49,502 nt of DNA. Origin: an uncultured Pseudomonadota bacterium (GTDB taxonomy: Bacteria > Pseudomonadota > Alphaproteobacteria > Rs-D84 > CACZYB01). Both the position numbers and the translations under genes were made by a program. The stretch covers positions 1 to 49,502 of the forward strand of contig CACZYB010000007.1 of assembly GCA_902785275.1 (NCBI GenBank), read 5' to 3'. The notes beneath the pieces are model-generated. The model had not been told where the DNA came from. It saw nothing but the letters and a program-made list of their open reading frames with translations, and did no database searches. Positions 18,639-27,733 of the stretch are shown in pieces (the stretch's first letter is position 1; the number at the start of each line of letters is the position of its first letter).

Positions 18639-18812
18639 TTATTTAGAAGCACTAGCCTTTTGATTGGCAATAACAGCTGCCTTCTCGGCATTTCTTTCAG
18701 CAGCTTCCTTCTTTGCAAGCTTATCAGCAGCCTCATTAAAGACATCTTCATCTTTTAAGAAAAAATCCATCTTAGCAAGACCAGTTTCAAACATTTCTTT
18801 TTTATTTGCCAT
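18639..18812 (-). CDS. Small hypothetical protein, 57 aa (absent from ORF track)
   Basis: MANKKEMFETGLAKMDFFLKDEDVFNEAADKLAKKEAAERNAEKAAVIANQKASASK; RBS AAAGAGG, own terminator. Confidence 0.8.
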   Translation of the reverse strand: MANKKEMFETGLAKMDFFLKDEDVFNEAADKLAKKEAAERNAEKAAVIANQKASASK

Positions 18813-18994
18813 AATAAACCTCTTTCTTAGTTTTTTCTTAAATATACCACAAAATTTACATCTTGTCTAGTATAATTTAAAAAATCTTTCGAATTTGTAT
18901 CAAGTAATTTAAATAAAAAAAATTCCTTTGTCAAGATTTTTTTTTGAAAAATTTATCTTTTATTTTACAAAACAATATGCTAATAATCATATAC

Positions 18995-19903
18995 ATGATG
19001 ATTATATATAAAAAAATTGTATTATTTATATCCATTATCTTACTTTTCGGATGTAAAGAAGATAACTTTACGGATTTCGCAAAAAACGTTGAAACCTCCA
19101 CAAAATCAGTAGTATACGACATAAAAAATTATAATTTTGATAACGCTTGGTACAACATAAAAACTGCATATAACATCGCCAACAGATCCAGATATTTTGA
19201 AGAACAAATTATTAATGTTGAAACTTCCAGAAACACTCAAATCGCCGGATTTCAAAGCATTTTAAACGAATGTCAAACATTAAAATGTAACGTTTTAGAA
19301 AAAATTTTAATAAAGAATCTTATATTTCCTGAAAACATAATAGGAAAAATCGAATTAGATATAGATATTTCCAATGCCCCTAATTTCATAAACTCTATCA
19401 CAAAATATGGAAACATAGTAAAAAACGATTACAAAAAAGACGAATACATAGAAAGGGATTTGGCATCATTCTATGACGAACTTATTCCTCTACGTTCTGC
19501 TTTGTTAAAAACAAATGAAATACTTAACAAAGACGATGTATACAACTTTGATAAAATAAGGGAAATGCAAAAATATGCAGAACAACTAAACAAAAAAATA
19601 TTTGTATTAGAGGAAAGCATAAAATACCTCTCATCCCTTAAAAACAAAAGACACATTTCAATACGTATAGAACGTGGATACAATTCCACATTTGGCTTTG
19701 TTAAATCACGAATTCAAAACGCATTCTTATATGCAATTGAATACATACACATAGTAATAATCATCGCATTCGTATATTTGATTATACTAGTTGTAAGAAA
19801 ATTCTTTGCCTATATACAGGCGAAAATAAAGGAAGAAAAAAGAAGACGAGAAGCATTAAACCTTCTCAAAAAACAGGAATTTAAGATTCCACCACGATTT
19901 TAA
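18995..19903 (+). CDS. DUF4349-like lipoprotein
   Basis: Lipobox LFGC; beta/alpha region, coiled coil, HISIRIE strand and C-terminal TM helix as in DUF4349 proteins. Start moved to ATG 18995. Confidence 0.6.
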   Translation: MMIIYKKIVLFISIILLFGCKEDNFTDFAKNVETSTKSVVYDIKNYNFDNAWYNIKTAYNIANRSRYFEEQIINVETSRNTQIAGFQSILNECQTLKCNVLEKILIKNLIFPENIIGKIELDIDISNAPNFINSITKYGNIVKNDYKKDEYIERDLASFYDELIPLRSALLKTNEILNKDDVYNFDKIREMQKYAEQLNKKIFVLEESIKYLSSLKNKRHISIRIERGYNSTFGFVKSRIQNAFLYAIEYIHIVIIIAFVYLIILVVRKFFAYIQAKIKEEKRRREALNLLKKQEFKIPPRF

Positions 19904-19925
19904 AAAAAGATAGGAGAGAGAGAAA

Positions 19926-20561
19926 ATGGTAAAAATAATAAAACCTTCATTTGAAATTTTGACACCAATAAATGGCAAAGAAATTTTAAAATTAATCGAA
20001 ATTGCTGGTCGTACCTGCTATAAATCAAACGATTTAATAACAGAAGATTCTGCAAAAAACTTTGTTGAAAAAATTGCAAAACGTGGTCACGAGTCAGTTC
20101 TTGAACATTTCAATATAACAGTTCGTTTCATCTGTAACCGTGGTTTTACACACGAACTTGTTCGTCACAGAATTGCATCTTTTTCCCAAGAGTCCACAAG
20201 ATACTGTAACTATACAAAGGATAAGTTTGGTAATGAAATCACAGTTATAAAACCTACCGAACTTAACGAAGGCACAAAAGAATACGAAATCTGGGAAAAT
20301 GCAATGAAAAACGCCGAAAAATCATATATGGATATGATGGCAAACGGCTCAAAACCAGAAAATGCACGTGGTGTTCTTCCAATTGATATTAAAACAGAAA
20401 TAGTAATCACAACAAACCTTCGTGAATGGAAACATATCTTAAAACTAAGAACATCTCCTGCTGCACATCCAAGTATGCGTGAGTTGATGATTCCTCTTGC
20501 TCATGAACTTCAAAAACAAATACCTGTGATATTTGATAAAGTTTTGGATGAAGCTTTGTAA
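19926..20561 (+). CDS. thyX: FAD-dependent thymidylate synthase
   Basis: GHESVLEH, ThyX motif RHRIASFSQESTRY, ARGVLP, NLREWKH..LR. Confidence 0.96.
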   Translation: MVKIIKPSFEILTPINGKEILKLIEIAGRTCYKSNDLITEDSAKNFVEKIAKRGHESVLEHFNITVRFICNRGFTHELVRHRIASFSQESTRYCNYTKDKFGNEITVIKPTELNEGTKEYEIWENAMKNAEKSYMDMMANGSKPENARGVLPIDIKTEIVITTNLREWKHILKLRTSPAAHPSMRELMIPLAHELQKQIPVIFDKVLDEAL

Positions 20562-20624
20562 TTTTTATATTGATTCTATAAACCAAAACATATATAATAG
20601 GGGTATAGGGGAGAGAGTTTAACT

Positions 20625-22106
20625 ATGTTATCAAAAAAACATTTTCATATTTTATTTGGTGTAATAGGCTTTTCTATTCTCACCCACTCTACCCCAGCTC
20701 AGGCTATAATAAATCTTCCTCCACAGGATTATGTTCAAACTTTGCGTGCAACTGATTTTTATTCCAATGTTATAAAAAATAAATTTTTATCAACTCTTGC
20801 AAATGAATATAAATCTTATGCATTGTTTAAGGCAAATTTCACACCAGACTATGAAATGGCAAATTACTTTGCAACAAAGGCTATAAACGCCTATCACGGT
20901 GAAACAGTTCGTCCGGAAGATATTTACACAAAAAATTTACCTGCAAATCAACTTGTTGAAATAAGTAATTATTACGAAGATTTGCTTCATTTCCTTGACA
21001 CTGATTTGGTAAACAAATATCCACAACTTATGGCCGAAGCTCAGGCAAAATTTGATTGTTGGGTTGATAGTCTTTCTCGTGGTGCCAGTCAAAAGCAAGC
21101 TTTGACCTGTCAAAATCGTTTTATGAAGGCAAGAAAATATTTATTTGCAAAATTAAATGATGGTTGCGGTTGTGAAAAATCTAAAAAAACAAAACAAAAG
21201 AAACCATCTGTTCCAAAATATGATGGAAAGATTCTTTCTATTCCAAAGTGGCCTAATCTTCCTATTGTTTCGAACAATCCACCTATTCCTGTTATAAAAC
21301 ATACCGTTGTTCGTGAATTAACAGTAAGCAAAGAAATAAAAGAAAGCATCTCAAGAATTGAAAAATCAATAAATGATATCAATACAAGACTTTCTAATAA
21401 TCAAACTAAGGCTGAAATCGAAGATATAAAGAAACAAATCGAAGAATTAAAGCGCTTGCTTAAAAATTCATCACAGGATAATCTTTCTGAACTTCAAAAG
21501 AAGTTATCAGAACTTGAAGAAAAGCTTTCAAAAATATCTTGCTCTGATTCTGTTGCAAAACCTACTGAACCAGAACCAACTATTGAAGCTCCTACTCCTG
21601 AAGAAACAGAGGAGGAGGTAACCGAACCAGAAGAAGAAGTTACAGAGGAAGAAATTGAAGAAGAAGCTCCTGCTGAGGAGGAGGAACATCAAGATGAAGA
21701 ATACCTCCCAGAAGAAGAACCAGAATTTGAATCTGTTGATGAAGATGAATACCTTGAAATAGAAATAAAGGATGCTCCATCAACATTGCTACCTTATGAA
21801 ATATTTTTTAACTGGAACGACGCAACCGTTGATCCAAAGTTCAATGATGCAATAAAAGATATCGCCGAAAATGCACAAAATTCCGAAGAAATGATTATAA
21901 TAAAGGGCCACACTGATGCAAGTGGCACACCAGAATATAATCAAAAACTTTCGAAAAAACGCGCCGAAAATGTTGGAAAGATTATAATGTCATACGGTGT
22001 TCCAAAAGAAAGAATTATTCTTCAAGGTGTTGGAAGTACCGAACCAAAAGTTCAAACAAAAACTGGCGAAAAAAATGCTCAAAATCGTCGTGTCGTAATA
22101 AAGTAA
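20625..22106 (+). CDS. OmpA-family peptidoglycan-binding protein with coiled coil and acidic linker
   Basis: Signal peptide ending AQA; AQAKFDCWV N-domain; C-terminal GHTDASG..YNQKLSKKRA..NRRV. Confidence 0.9.
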   Translation: MLSKKHFHILFGVIGFSILTHSTPAQAIINLPPQDYVQTLRATDFYSNVIKNKFLSTLANEYKSYALFKANFTPDYEMANYFATKAINAYHGETVRPEDIYTKNLPANQLVEISNYYEDLLHFLDTDLVNKYPQLMAEAQAKFDCWVDSLSRGASQKQALTCQNRFMKARKYLFAKLNDGCGCEKSKKTKQKKPSVPKYDGKILSIPKWPNLPIVSNNPPIPVIKHTVVRELTVSKEIKESISRIEKSINDINTRLSNNQTKAEIEDIKKQIEELKRLLKNSSQDNLSELQKKLSELEEKLSKISCSDSVAKPTEPEPTIEAPTPEETEEEVTEPEEEVTEEEIEEEAPAEEEEHQDEEYLPEEEPEFESVDEDEYLEIEIKDAPSTLLPYEIFFNWNDATVDPKFNDAIKDIAENAQNSEEMIIIKGHTDASGTPEYNQKLSKKRAENVGKIIMSYGVPKERIILQGVGSTEPKVQTKTGEKNAQNRRVVIK

Positions 22107-22187
22107 AATATAATAAAAACCTATTGTAAGAAAAATTTTTTTGATATAAACTATCTCCATAATTTAACAAAACGAAAGGAAGTTAAA

Positions 22188-23384
22188 ATGTCTACATTAA
22201 AGACAATAAATGATATAGAAAATATAAAAGGTAAAAAGGTTGTTGTTCGTGCCGATTTGAACGTTCCAACCGAAGGTACAACAATCACAGACAACAGCCG
22301 TATCGAAAGATTCGCTCCTACTGCAAAATTACTTTCTGACAAAGGTGCAAAGGTTATAATCATTACTCACTTTGGTCGTCCAAAGGGAAAAAAATCTTCA
22401 GAATTTTCTGTTGAATTTATGATTGAAAGTCTTTCAAACGCAATCGGTAAACCTGTAAAATTCGTTGATGATACAATTGGTGAAAAAGTTGAATCTGCAA
22501 TTTCTTCAATGAACGATGGTGATATAATTCTTCTTGAAAATGTTCGTTTCTATGCTGAAGAAGAAGCAAACGATTCTGAATTTTCAAAGAAACTTGCATC
22601 ACTTGGCGATGTATATGTAAACGACGCATTCTCTACATCACACCGTGCACACGCATCAACAGAAGGTATCACAAAATTCTTACCTTCATACGCAGGTCTT
22701 TTGATGGAAGAAGAAATCAATGCATTAACAAAAGCATTGGAAAATCCTGCACATCCTGCAATCGCAATCGTTGGTGGTTCAAAAGTTTCAACAAAACTTG
22801 CTGTACTTGAAAACATCACAAAGAAAGTTGACGCTTTGGTAATCGGTGGAGCAATGGCAAACACATTCTTGCTTGCAAAAGGTTACAACATTGGTGCATC
22901 AATGGCTGAACCAGAAATGACAGACACAGCATTAAAGATTATCGAAGAAGCAAAGAAAAATGGTTGTGAAATAATCCTTCCTATTGATGTTTGTGTTGCA
23001 AAAGAATTCAAAGCAAACGCAGAAAACAAATTCGTTGGTGTTAATGCTGTTGATGGCGACTGGAAAATCTTTGACGTTGGTCCAGAAACATCAAAAATGC
23101 TTGATGAAAAATTCAAAACTGCAAAAACAGTTCTTTGGAATGGCCCACTTGGAGTATTCGAACTTGTTCCATTCGATCGTGGTACAAACGAACTTGCAAA
23201 AACAGTTGCAAAATTAACTCGTGAAGGTCAACTTATTTCTGTTGCTGGTGGTGGAGATACTGTTTCAGCACTTAACAATGCCGGTGTAGAAGCTGACTTC
23301 TCATATATTTCAACTGCTGGTGGTGCATTCCTTGAATGGCTAGAAGGAAAGGAACTTCCTGCAATTCCACCACTCAGAAAATAA
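22188..23384 (+). CDS. pgk: Phosphoglycerate kinase
   Basis: VRADLNVP, HFGRPKG, LLENVRF, NDAFSTSHRAHAS, GGSKVSTK, WNGPLGVFE, STAGGAFLEWLEG. Confidence 0.98.
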   Translation: MSTLKTINDIENIKGKKVVVRADLNVPTEGTTITDNSRIERFAPTAKLLSDKGAKVIIITHFGRPKGKKSSEFSVEFMIESLSNAIGKPVKFVDDTIGEKVESAISSMNDGDIILLENVRFYAEEEANDSEFSKKLASLGDVYVNDAFSTSHRAHASTEGITKFLPSYAGLLMEEEINALTKALENPAHPAIAIVGGSKVSTKLAVLENITKKVDALVIGGAMANTFLLAKGYNIGASMAEPEMTDTALKIIEEAKKNGCEIILPIDVCVAKEFKANAENKFVGVNAVDGDWKIFDVGPETSKMLDEKFKTAKTVLWNGPLGVFELVPFDRGTNELAKTVAKLTREGQLISVAGGGDTVSALNNAGVEADFSYISTAGGAFLEWLEGKELPAIPPLRK

Positions 23385-23403
23385 GATAAAAACTAATATT
23401 TTT

Positions 23404-23433
23404 AATCCAGCAAAAAAATTGCTGGATTTTTTT
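23404..23433 (+). terminator. Intrinsic terminator after pgk
   Basis: AATCCAGCAA-loop-TTGCTGGATT plus T run. Confidence 0.85.
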
Positions 23434-23492
23434 TATTTTAATTGACTTTTTTTTCATTAACGGATTAGAATAAGAATCAGGAGAGAGAGATC

Positions 23493-23759
23493 ATGATAAA
23501 AAACACAGCACAAAAATTTAGAACACCAACAAACTCAACAATGGTTTTTCCTATAAAAAATTCAACTCTTTGTAACAGCAAAGAGTTTTTTTATGAAAAA
23601 ACTAAACCTCAAACCAATATAACTGAAGAAGAATATAAAGAGGCATTAACAAAAACAGAAAATATTGAAACAATATATTTCGAAATGTCCAACACTGAAA
23701 GACTTATATACAACAACAATATCAGAATTATAAAACAGTATTTATCACAAACAAAATAA
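23493..23759 (+). CDS. Hypothetical protein, 88 aa
   Basis: TTGACT-18-TAGAAT promoter and AGGAG RBS upstream; no motif. Confidence 0.65.
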   Translation: MIKNTAQKFRTPTNSTMVFPIKNSTLCNSKEFFYEKTKPQTNITEEEYKEALTKTENIETIYFEMSNTERLIYNNNIRIIKQYLSQTK

Positions 23760-23820
23760 ATATAGAAATAAATCCAATCTTATGATATAATGAAGCATAT
23801 AAAGCATAAGGAGGATTACC

Positions 23821-24369
23821 ATGAAATTTAAATTGGTATATGTTGGTGAAGTAAAAATCAACCCTAAAAAACGCAGTCAGCATTTACAGGAAATCCGTGA
23901 TGTTCTTTCACCTCAACTTAAACGCTTATCTGAAATTTCACCATATAATGAAATAAAGGCTCGTTTGGAAAAGAAAGGAAAGGCAATTAAAACAGTTGGT
24001 GGCGTAAAGTTTTTTCCACTTATCACACCTGATTTAAACTTGCTTGCCGAACTTGATATACAAATACTTCATCCTGAACTTCTTGAAACCCCAAGGGCAG
24101 ATATTGATAACAGAATGAAAACACTTCTTGATGCATTAAAAAGGCCTCAAAGTGCACACGAAATTGCTGAACGTATGAATAAAAAAGAAGTATGTTACAC
24201 ACTTCTTGATGATGACCATCTTGTTACAAAAATGACAATAAACACAAGCCATTTGCTATACAAAGATGCAATTCCAAAACACAGCCACGATTACGAACTT
24301 TTAATAATCATAACCGTAAATATTAAGGCATCAAAAGGAACACCTGATAACCTCGCAGTTATTGTATAA
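23821..24369 (+). CDS. RusA-like (Holliday junction resolvase fold) hypothetical protein
   Basis: RBS AAGGAGG; DIDNRMKTLLDAL...LLDDD resembles RusA DxDNxxK...DD. Confidence 0.6.
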   Translation: MKFKLVYVGEVKINPKKRSQHLQEIRDVLSPQLKRLSEISPYNEIKARLEKKGKAIKTVGGVKFFPLITPDLNLLAELDIQILHPELLETPRADIDNRMKTLLDALKRPQSAHEIAERMNKKEVCYTLLDDDHLVTKMTINTSHLLYKDAIPKHSHDYELLIIITVNIKASKGTPDNLAVIV

Positions 24370-24392
24370 AACAAAAATTCAAACGCATGCTT

Positions 24393-24424
24393 AAAAAAAT
24401 CCCCTTCGTTAACTCAAAGGGGAT
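24393..24424 (-). terminator. Terminator between convergent genes
   Basis: ATCCCCTT/AAGGGGAT stem; T7 on the minus strand. Confidence 0.7.
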
Positions 24425-24448
24425 AAAATTTAAACACTTGTTTGATTT

Positions 24449-25066
24449 TTAAATAAGTGGGGAAATTCTAATCTCGATTCTGTGGTTAAGAAGTCGCCCT
24501 TCCCTTGTTGTATTATCGGCAATCCACTGTGACTCACCCATACCGTTCATAAAGATTCGCTCAGGAATAATATTTCTATCCATAAAATATTTAGCCACAC
24601 TTATAGCCATATTTTTTGACTTTACAACATTAGAATAACTTGGACCCACACTAGATGTATGCCCAATAATTTCGATAAAGTTTCTATTATTCACCGATAA
24701 CAACCTTATAATATTATCAAGTTGTGGTCTAATAGAACTTATAACATTCATATCTTCATCCAAAATTATATGAGATTGAATTGTAAGTATTATATCATTT
24801 CCCGCCATCTGGTATGTGATATTTGTTTTTTCCAAATCCGGAATAAGAGCATTAAACAAATTATGCATATACCCCCTTGCCTCTGTCAAAGTAAGCGGTT
24901 TTATTCCAAGCTTTATAAGAGTAGGTTTTTGAACAATCTTACTTTTTCCAGTCAAAGAAGTCCTATTTGCAGAAGCATAATTAACCATTGACATTGTTTC
25001 TTCTCGTGGTTTTGAAGAACAAGAAGTAAGTGCAATCAAAATAAGTAACAAAGATATCTTTTTCAT
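24449..25066 (-). CDS. OmpA-family lipoprotein with degenerate PG-binding motif
   Basis: Lipobox LTSC; IEIIGHTS, GMGESQWIADNTTREGRLLNHRIEIRI. Confidence 0.85.
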   Translation of the reverse strand: MKKISLLLILIALTSCSSKPREETMSMVNYASANRTSLTGKSKIVQKPTLIKLGIKPLTLTEARGYMHNLFNALIPDLEKTNITYQMAGNDIILTIQSHIILDEDMNVISSIRPQLDNIIRLLSVNNRNFIEIIGHTSSVGPSYSNVVKSKNMAISVAKYFMDRNIIPERIFMNGMGESQWIADNTTREGRLLNHRIEIRISPLI

Positions 25067-25150
25067 TTTTCACTTTCTCCTTTAAAATTCAGAAAAAACT
25101 TTCTATAATACATAGTATAAAATTAAATTACTAAAAAGCAAATAAAAAAG

Positions 25151-26179
25151 ATGATTACACTTGGTATAGAAAGTAGCTGTGATGAAACAGCAATTGCAAT
25201 AATAAACGACAAGCACGAAATACTTGCCCATCAACTTATTACTCAGTATAAGGAGCACAGTATTTACGGTGGTGTTGTTCCAGAAATTGCTTCACGTGCT
25301 CATCTTGAATATATGGATGTACTTTTAAAACAAGCATTAGTTGATGCAAAAATAACAGCAAATGATATTGATGTATTTTCTGCTGGTATTGGACCTGGAT
25401 TGATTGGTGGATTGATTGTCGGTGCAAATATGGCAAAATCTTTAGCCTTCGCTCTTAACAAACCATTTGTCGGAGTTAATCATCTTGAAGCTCATTCCCT
25501 TATGCCAATGTTTTTTAATAAAGAGCTAAAGTTTCCATATTTGCTTTTGCTTGCCAGTGGTGGTCACACTCAAATCTTGATTGTAAAGGATGTTGGCAAT
25601 TATGAACTTCTTGGCACAACTATTGATGATGCCTGTGGCGAATGTTTTGATAAAACTGCAAAAATGCTTGGTTGGGAGTATATGGGCGGAAAGGATATTG
25701 AGGAATACGCAAAACATGGTAACCCAAAGGCATTTGATTTTCCACGCCCAATGATTTATTCAAAGGATTTAAATTTTTCATTCTCTGGTCTTAAAACATC
25801 GGTCAGAACTGTTATTGAAAAGCTTGGCGAAAATATTGATGACAAAACTAAGGCAGATATTTGCGCAAGCTTCCAGTCTGCAATTTGCGATATTATTGAA
25901 AAGAAAATGAAACTTGCTGTTAAAAAAGTAAAAGGCCTTAACATTCAACATATTGTTACAAGTGGTGGCGTTGCAAGAAATTCTGCAATACGTGGTGTAC
26001 TTGATAAAATTGCAACTTCTGCTGGAATGAAGCTTATTGTTGCTGAACCTAAATATTGCTCGGATAACGGTGTAATGATTGCCTTTGCCGGCGAACAAAA
26101 TTATTTAAAAGGTAAAATTTCCGACTTTTCTGTAACACCTCGCCCACGTTGGCCATTGGAGGAATTAAAGAATGAGTGA
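25151..26179 (+). CDS. tsaD: tRNA t6A threonylcarbamoyltransferase
   Basis: LGIESSCDET, GGVVPEIASRAH, HLEAH, SGGHT, TIDDACGE, FSFSGLKT, DNGVMIA. Confidence 0.97.
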   Translation: MITLGIESSCDETAIAIINDKHEILAHQLITQYKEHSIYGGVVPEIASRAHLEYMDVLLKQALVDAKITANDIDVFSAGIGPGLIGGLIVGANMAKSLAFALNKPFVGVNHLEAHSLMPMFFNKELKFPYLLLLASGGHTQILIVKDVGNYELLGTTIDDACGECFDKTAKMLGWEYMGGKDIEEYAKHGNPKAFDFPRPMIYSKDLNFSFSGLKTSVRTVIEKLGENIDDKTKADICASFQSAICDIIEKKMKLAVKKVKGLNIQHIVTSGGVARNSAIRGVLDKIATSAGMKLIVAEPKYCSDNGVMIAFAGEQNYLKGKISDFSVTPRPRWPLEELKNE

Positions 26180-27533
26180 TTTTTTTGATGATATAATTTC
26201 CGAAGTCACCCCTGCCCCAAAAACAAATACTTTGGGACCTTCCGAAATTCCACCAACACCACAGGTAGAAAAGGTTTTTAGTGTTGCCGAATTTTCTATG
26301 GTACTAAAAGAGATTTTAGAAGGTACCTTTAAAAAAATAAAAATTAAGGGTGAAATTCAGGGATTAAAAAAACATTCATCCGGTACCTACTATTTCGATT
26401 TAAAGGAAAGTTATGGCGGAAAAGATTACATTCTAAACTGCGTGCTTTGGAAATGGACAAAAATTGATGTAAAGTTAGAGGAAGGTTTAGAAGTAGTAAT
26501 TGGCGGAAAAATCACCGCATATACCGGCCGTTCATCATATCAAATTACAGTTGAAAGTGTCGAAGTTGCAGGTATAGGGGCCCTTTTAAAACTTATCGAG
26601 GAAAGAAAACAAAAGCTTTCTGCCGAAGGTTTGTTTGATGAAAAATATAAAAAGCCAATTCCTATGTTTCCAAAAACAATTGGTGTTGTTACTTCACCAA
26701 CCGGTGCAGTTATCCAAGATATTATCCACCGCATAACCGACCGTTGCCCAACACGAATTATCGTTTATCCTGTTGCTGTACAGGGCGAAGGTGCCGATAT
26801 CCAAATAACCGAAGCGATAAACAACTTTAATAAAATTCAAGGTGAAAATCGTCCGGACGTTATAATTGTTGCACGTGGTGGTGGAAGTGTTCAAGACCTT
26901 ATGCCATTTAACGAAGAAAATGTTGTGCGTGCAGTTTTCGCTTCCACAATTCCTGTGATTTCAGCCGTAGGGCACGAAACCGATACAACACTTATCGACT
27001 ATGTTTCTGATCTTCGTGCACCAACCCCAACCGGTGCCGCGGAAAAGGCTGTACCTGTACGTTCTGATTTAATAAGAAATATTAAGGAAAAAGAAAACTT
27101 CTTAACCAATACTATTTTCAGGATGTTCGAAACATTCAACCTTAAAATAAAAAGTTTTGCCTCCGCCATTAAAAATCCAATGCAATATATTGGCGATGCA
27201 ATGCAACGTTTGGATGATAAAAGTTCAAAACTCGACTTGCTTATTTCCAACAAAACAAACTCTCTTTCTGATAGAGTAAATTTTGCAGAAAAGATGCTCG
27301 AAAGTTACTCTTTTAAAAATGTTCTAAAGCGTGGTTATGCAATTGTTTGGAATGGAACAGAAACAATAAGTAGTAAAGATTATTTACAAAAATTATCATC
27401 CGCAACCGTTGAATTTGCAAATGGAAAGGTTGATGTTTTTACCTCTGTTCAACCACAAACAAAACCTATGAAAAAAGAAAAGAAGGAAGATAAAAAACAA
27501 GCCCCACAAAATTTGCAGGGCGACTTGTTTTAA
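26172..27533 (+). CDS. xseA: Exodeoxyribonuclease VII large subunit
   Basis: OB fold, IGVVTSPTGAVIQDI, VARGGGS, SAVGHETD, RAPTPTGAAE. Confidence 0.96.
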   Translation: MSDFFDDIISEVTPAPKTNTLGPSEIPPTPQVEKVFSVAEFSMVLKEILEGTFKKIKIKGEIQGLKKHSSGTYYFDLKESYGGKDYILNCVLWKWTKIDVKLEEGLEVVIGGKITAYTGRSSYQITVESVEVAGIGALLKLIEERKQKLSAEGLFDEKYKKPIPMFPKTIGVVTSPTGAVIQDIIHRITDRCPTRIIVYPVAVQGEGADIQITEAINNFNKIQGENRPDVIIVARGGGSVQDLMPFNEENVVRAVFASTIPVISAVGHETDTTLIDYVSDLRAPTPTGAAEKAVPVRSDLIRNIKEKENFLTNTIFRMFETFNLKIKSFASAIKNPMQYIGDAMQRLDDKSSKLDLLISNKTNSLSDRVNFAEKMLESYSFKNVLKRGYAIVWNGTETISSKDYLQKLSSATVEFANGKVDVFTSVQPQTKPMKKEKKEDKKQAPQNLQGDLF

Positions 27534-27733
27534 TCTCTACCAGATTTTATTTTAAAGCAAGTATTTCCTTCTATAAAACAACTTTGATTATCATTATTTT
27601 CTCCTACAGAAAACTTTGCTTTTATTTTAGAAGTTCCATCTAAAAACAACTTACGTTTTTTCTCTTCTTTTTCATATTTTTTTATATCTTTCTTTGTCAT
27701 ACGTAAAACAAAATCATTATCTTTCATCATCAA
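27530..27733 (-). CDS. Hypothetical basic protein, 67 aa
   Basis: RBS AAGGGAG; start overlaps the end of the upstream repeat-protein gene. Confidence 0.5.
   Translation of the reverse strand: MMMKDNDFVLRMTKKDIKKYEKEEKKRKLFLDGTSKIKAKFSVGENNDNQSCFIEGNTCFKIKSGRD

Noticed and set aside
21590-21750. GAA/GAG-rich tract as a microsatellite
   Set aside because: Explained by the poly-Glu linker; codons are mixed, with no perfect tandem array.
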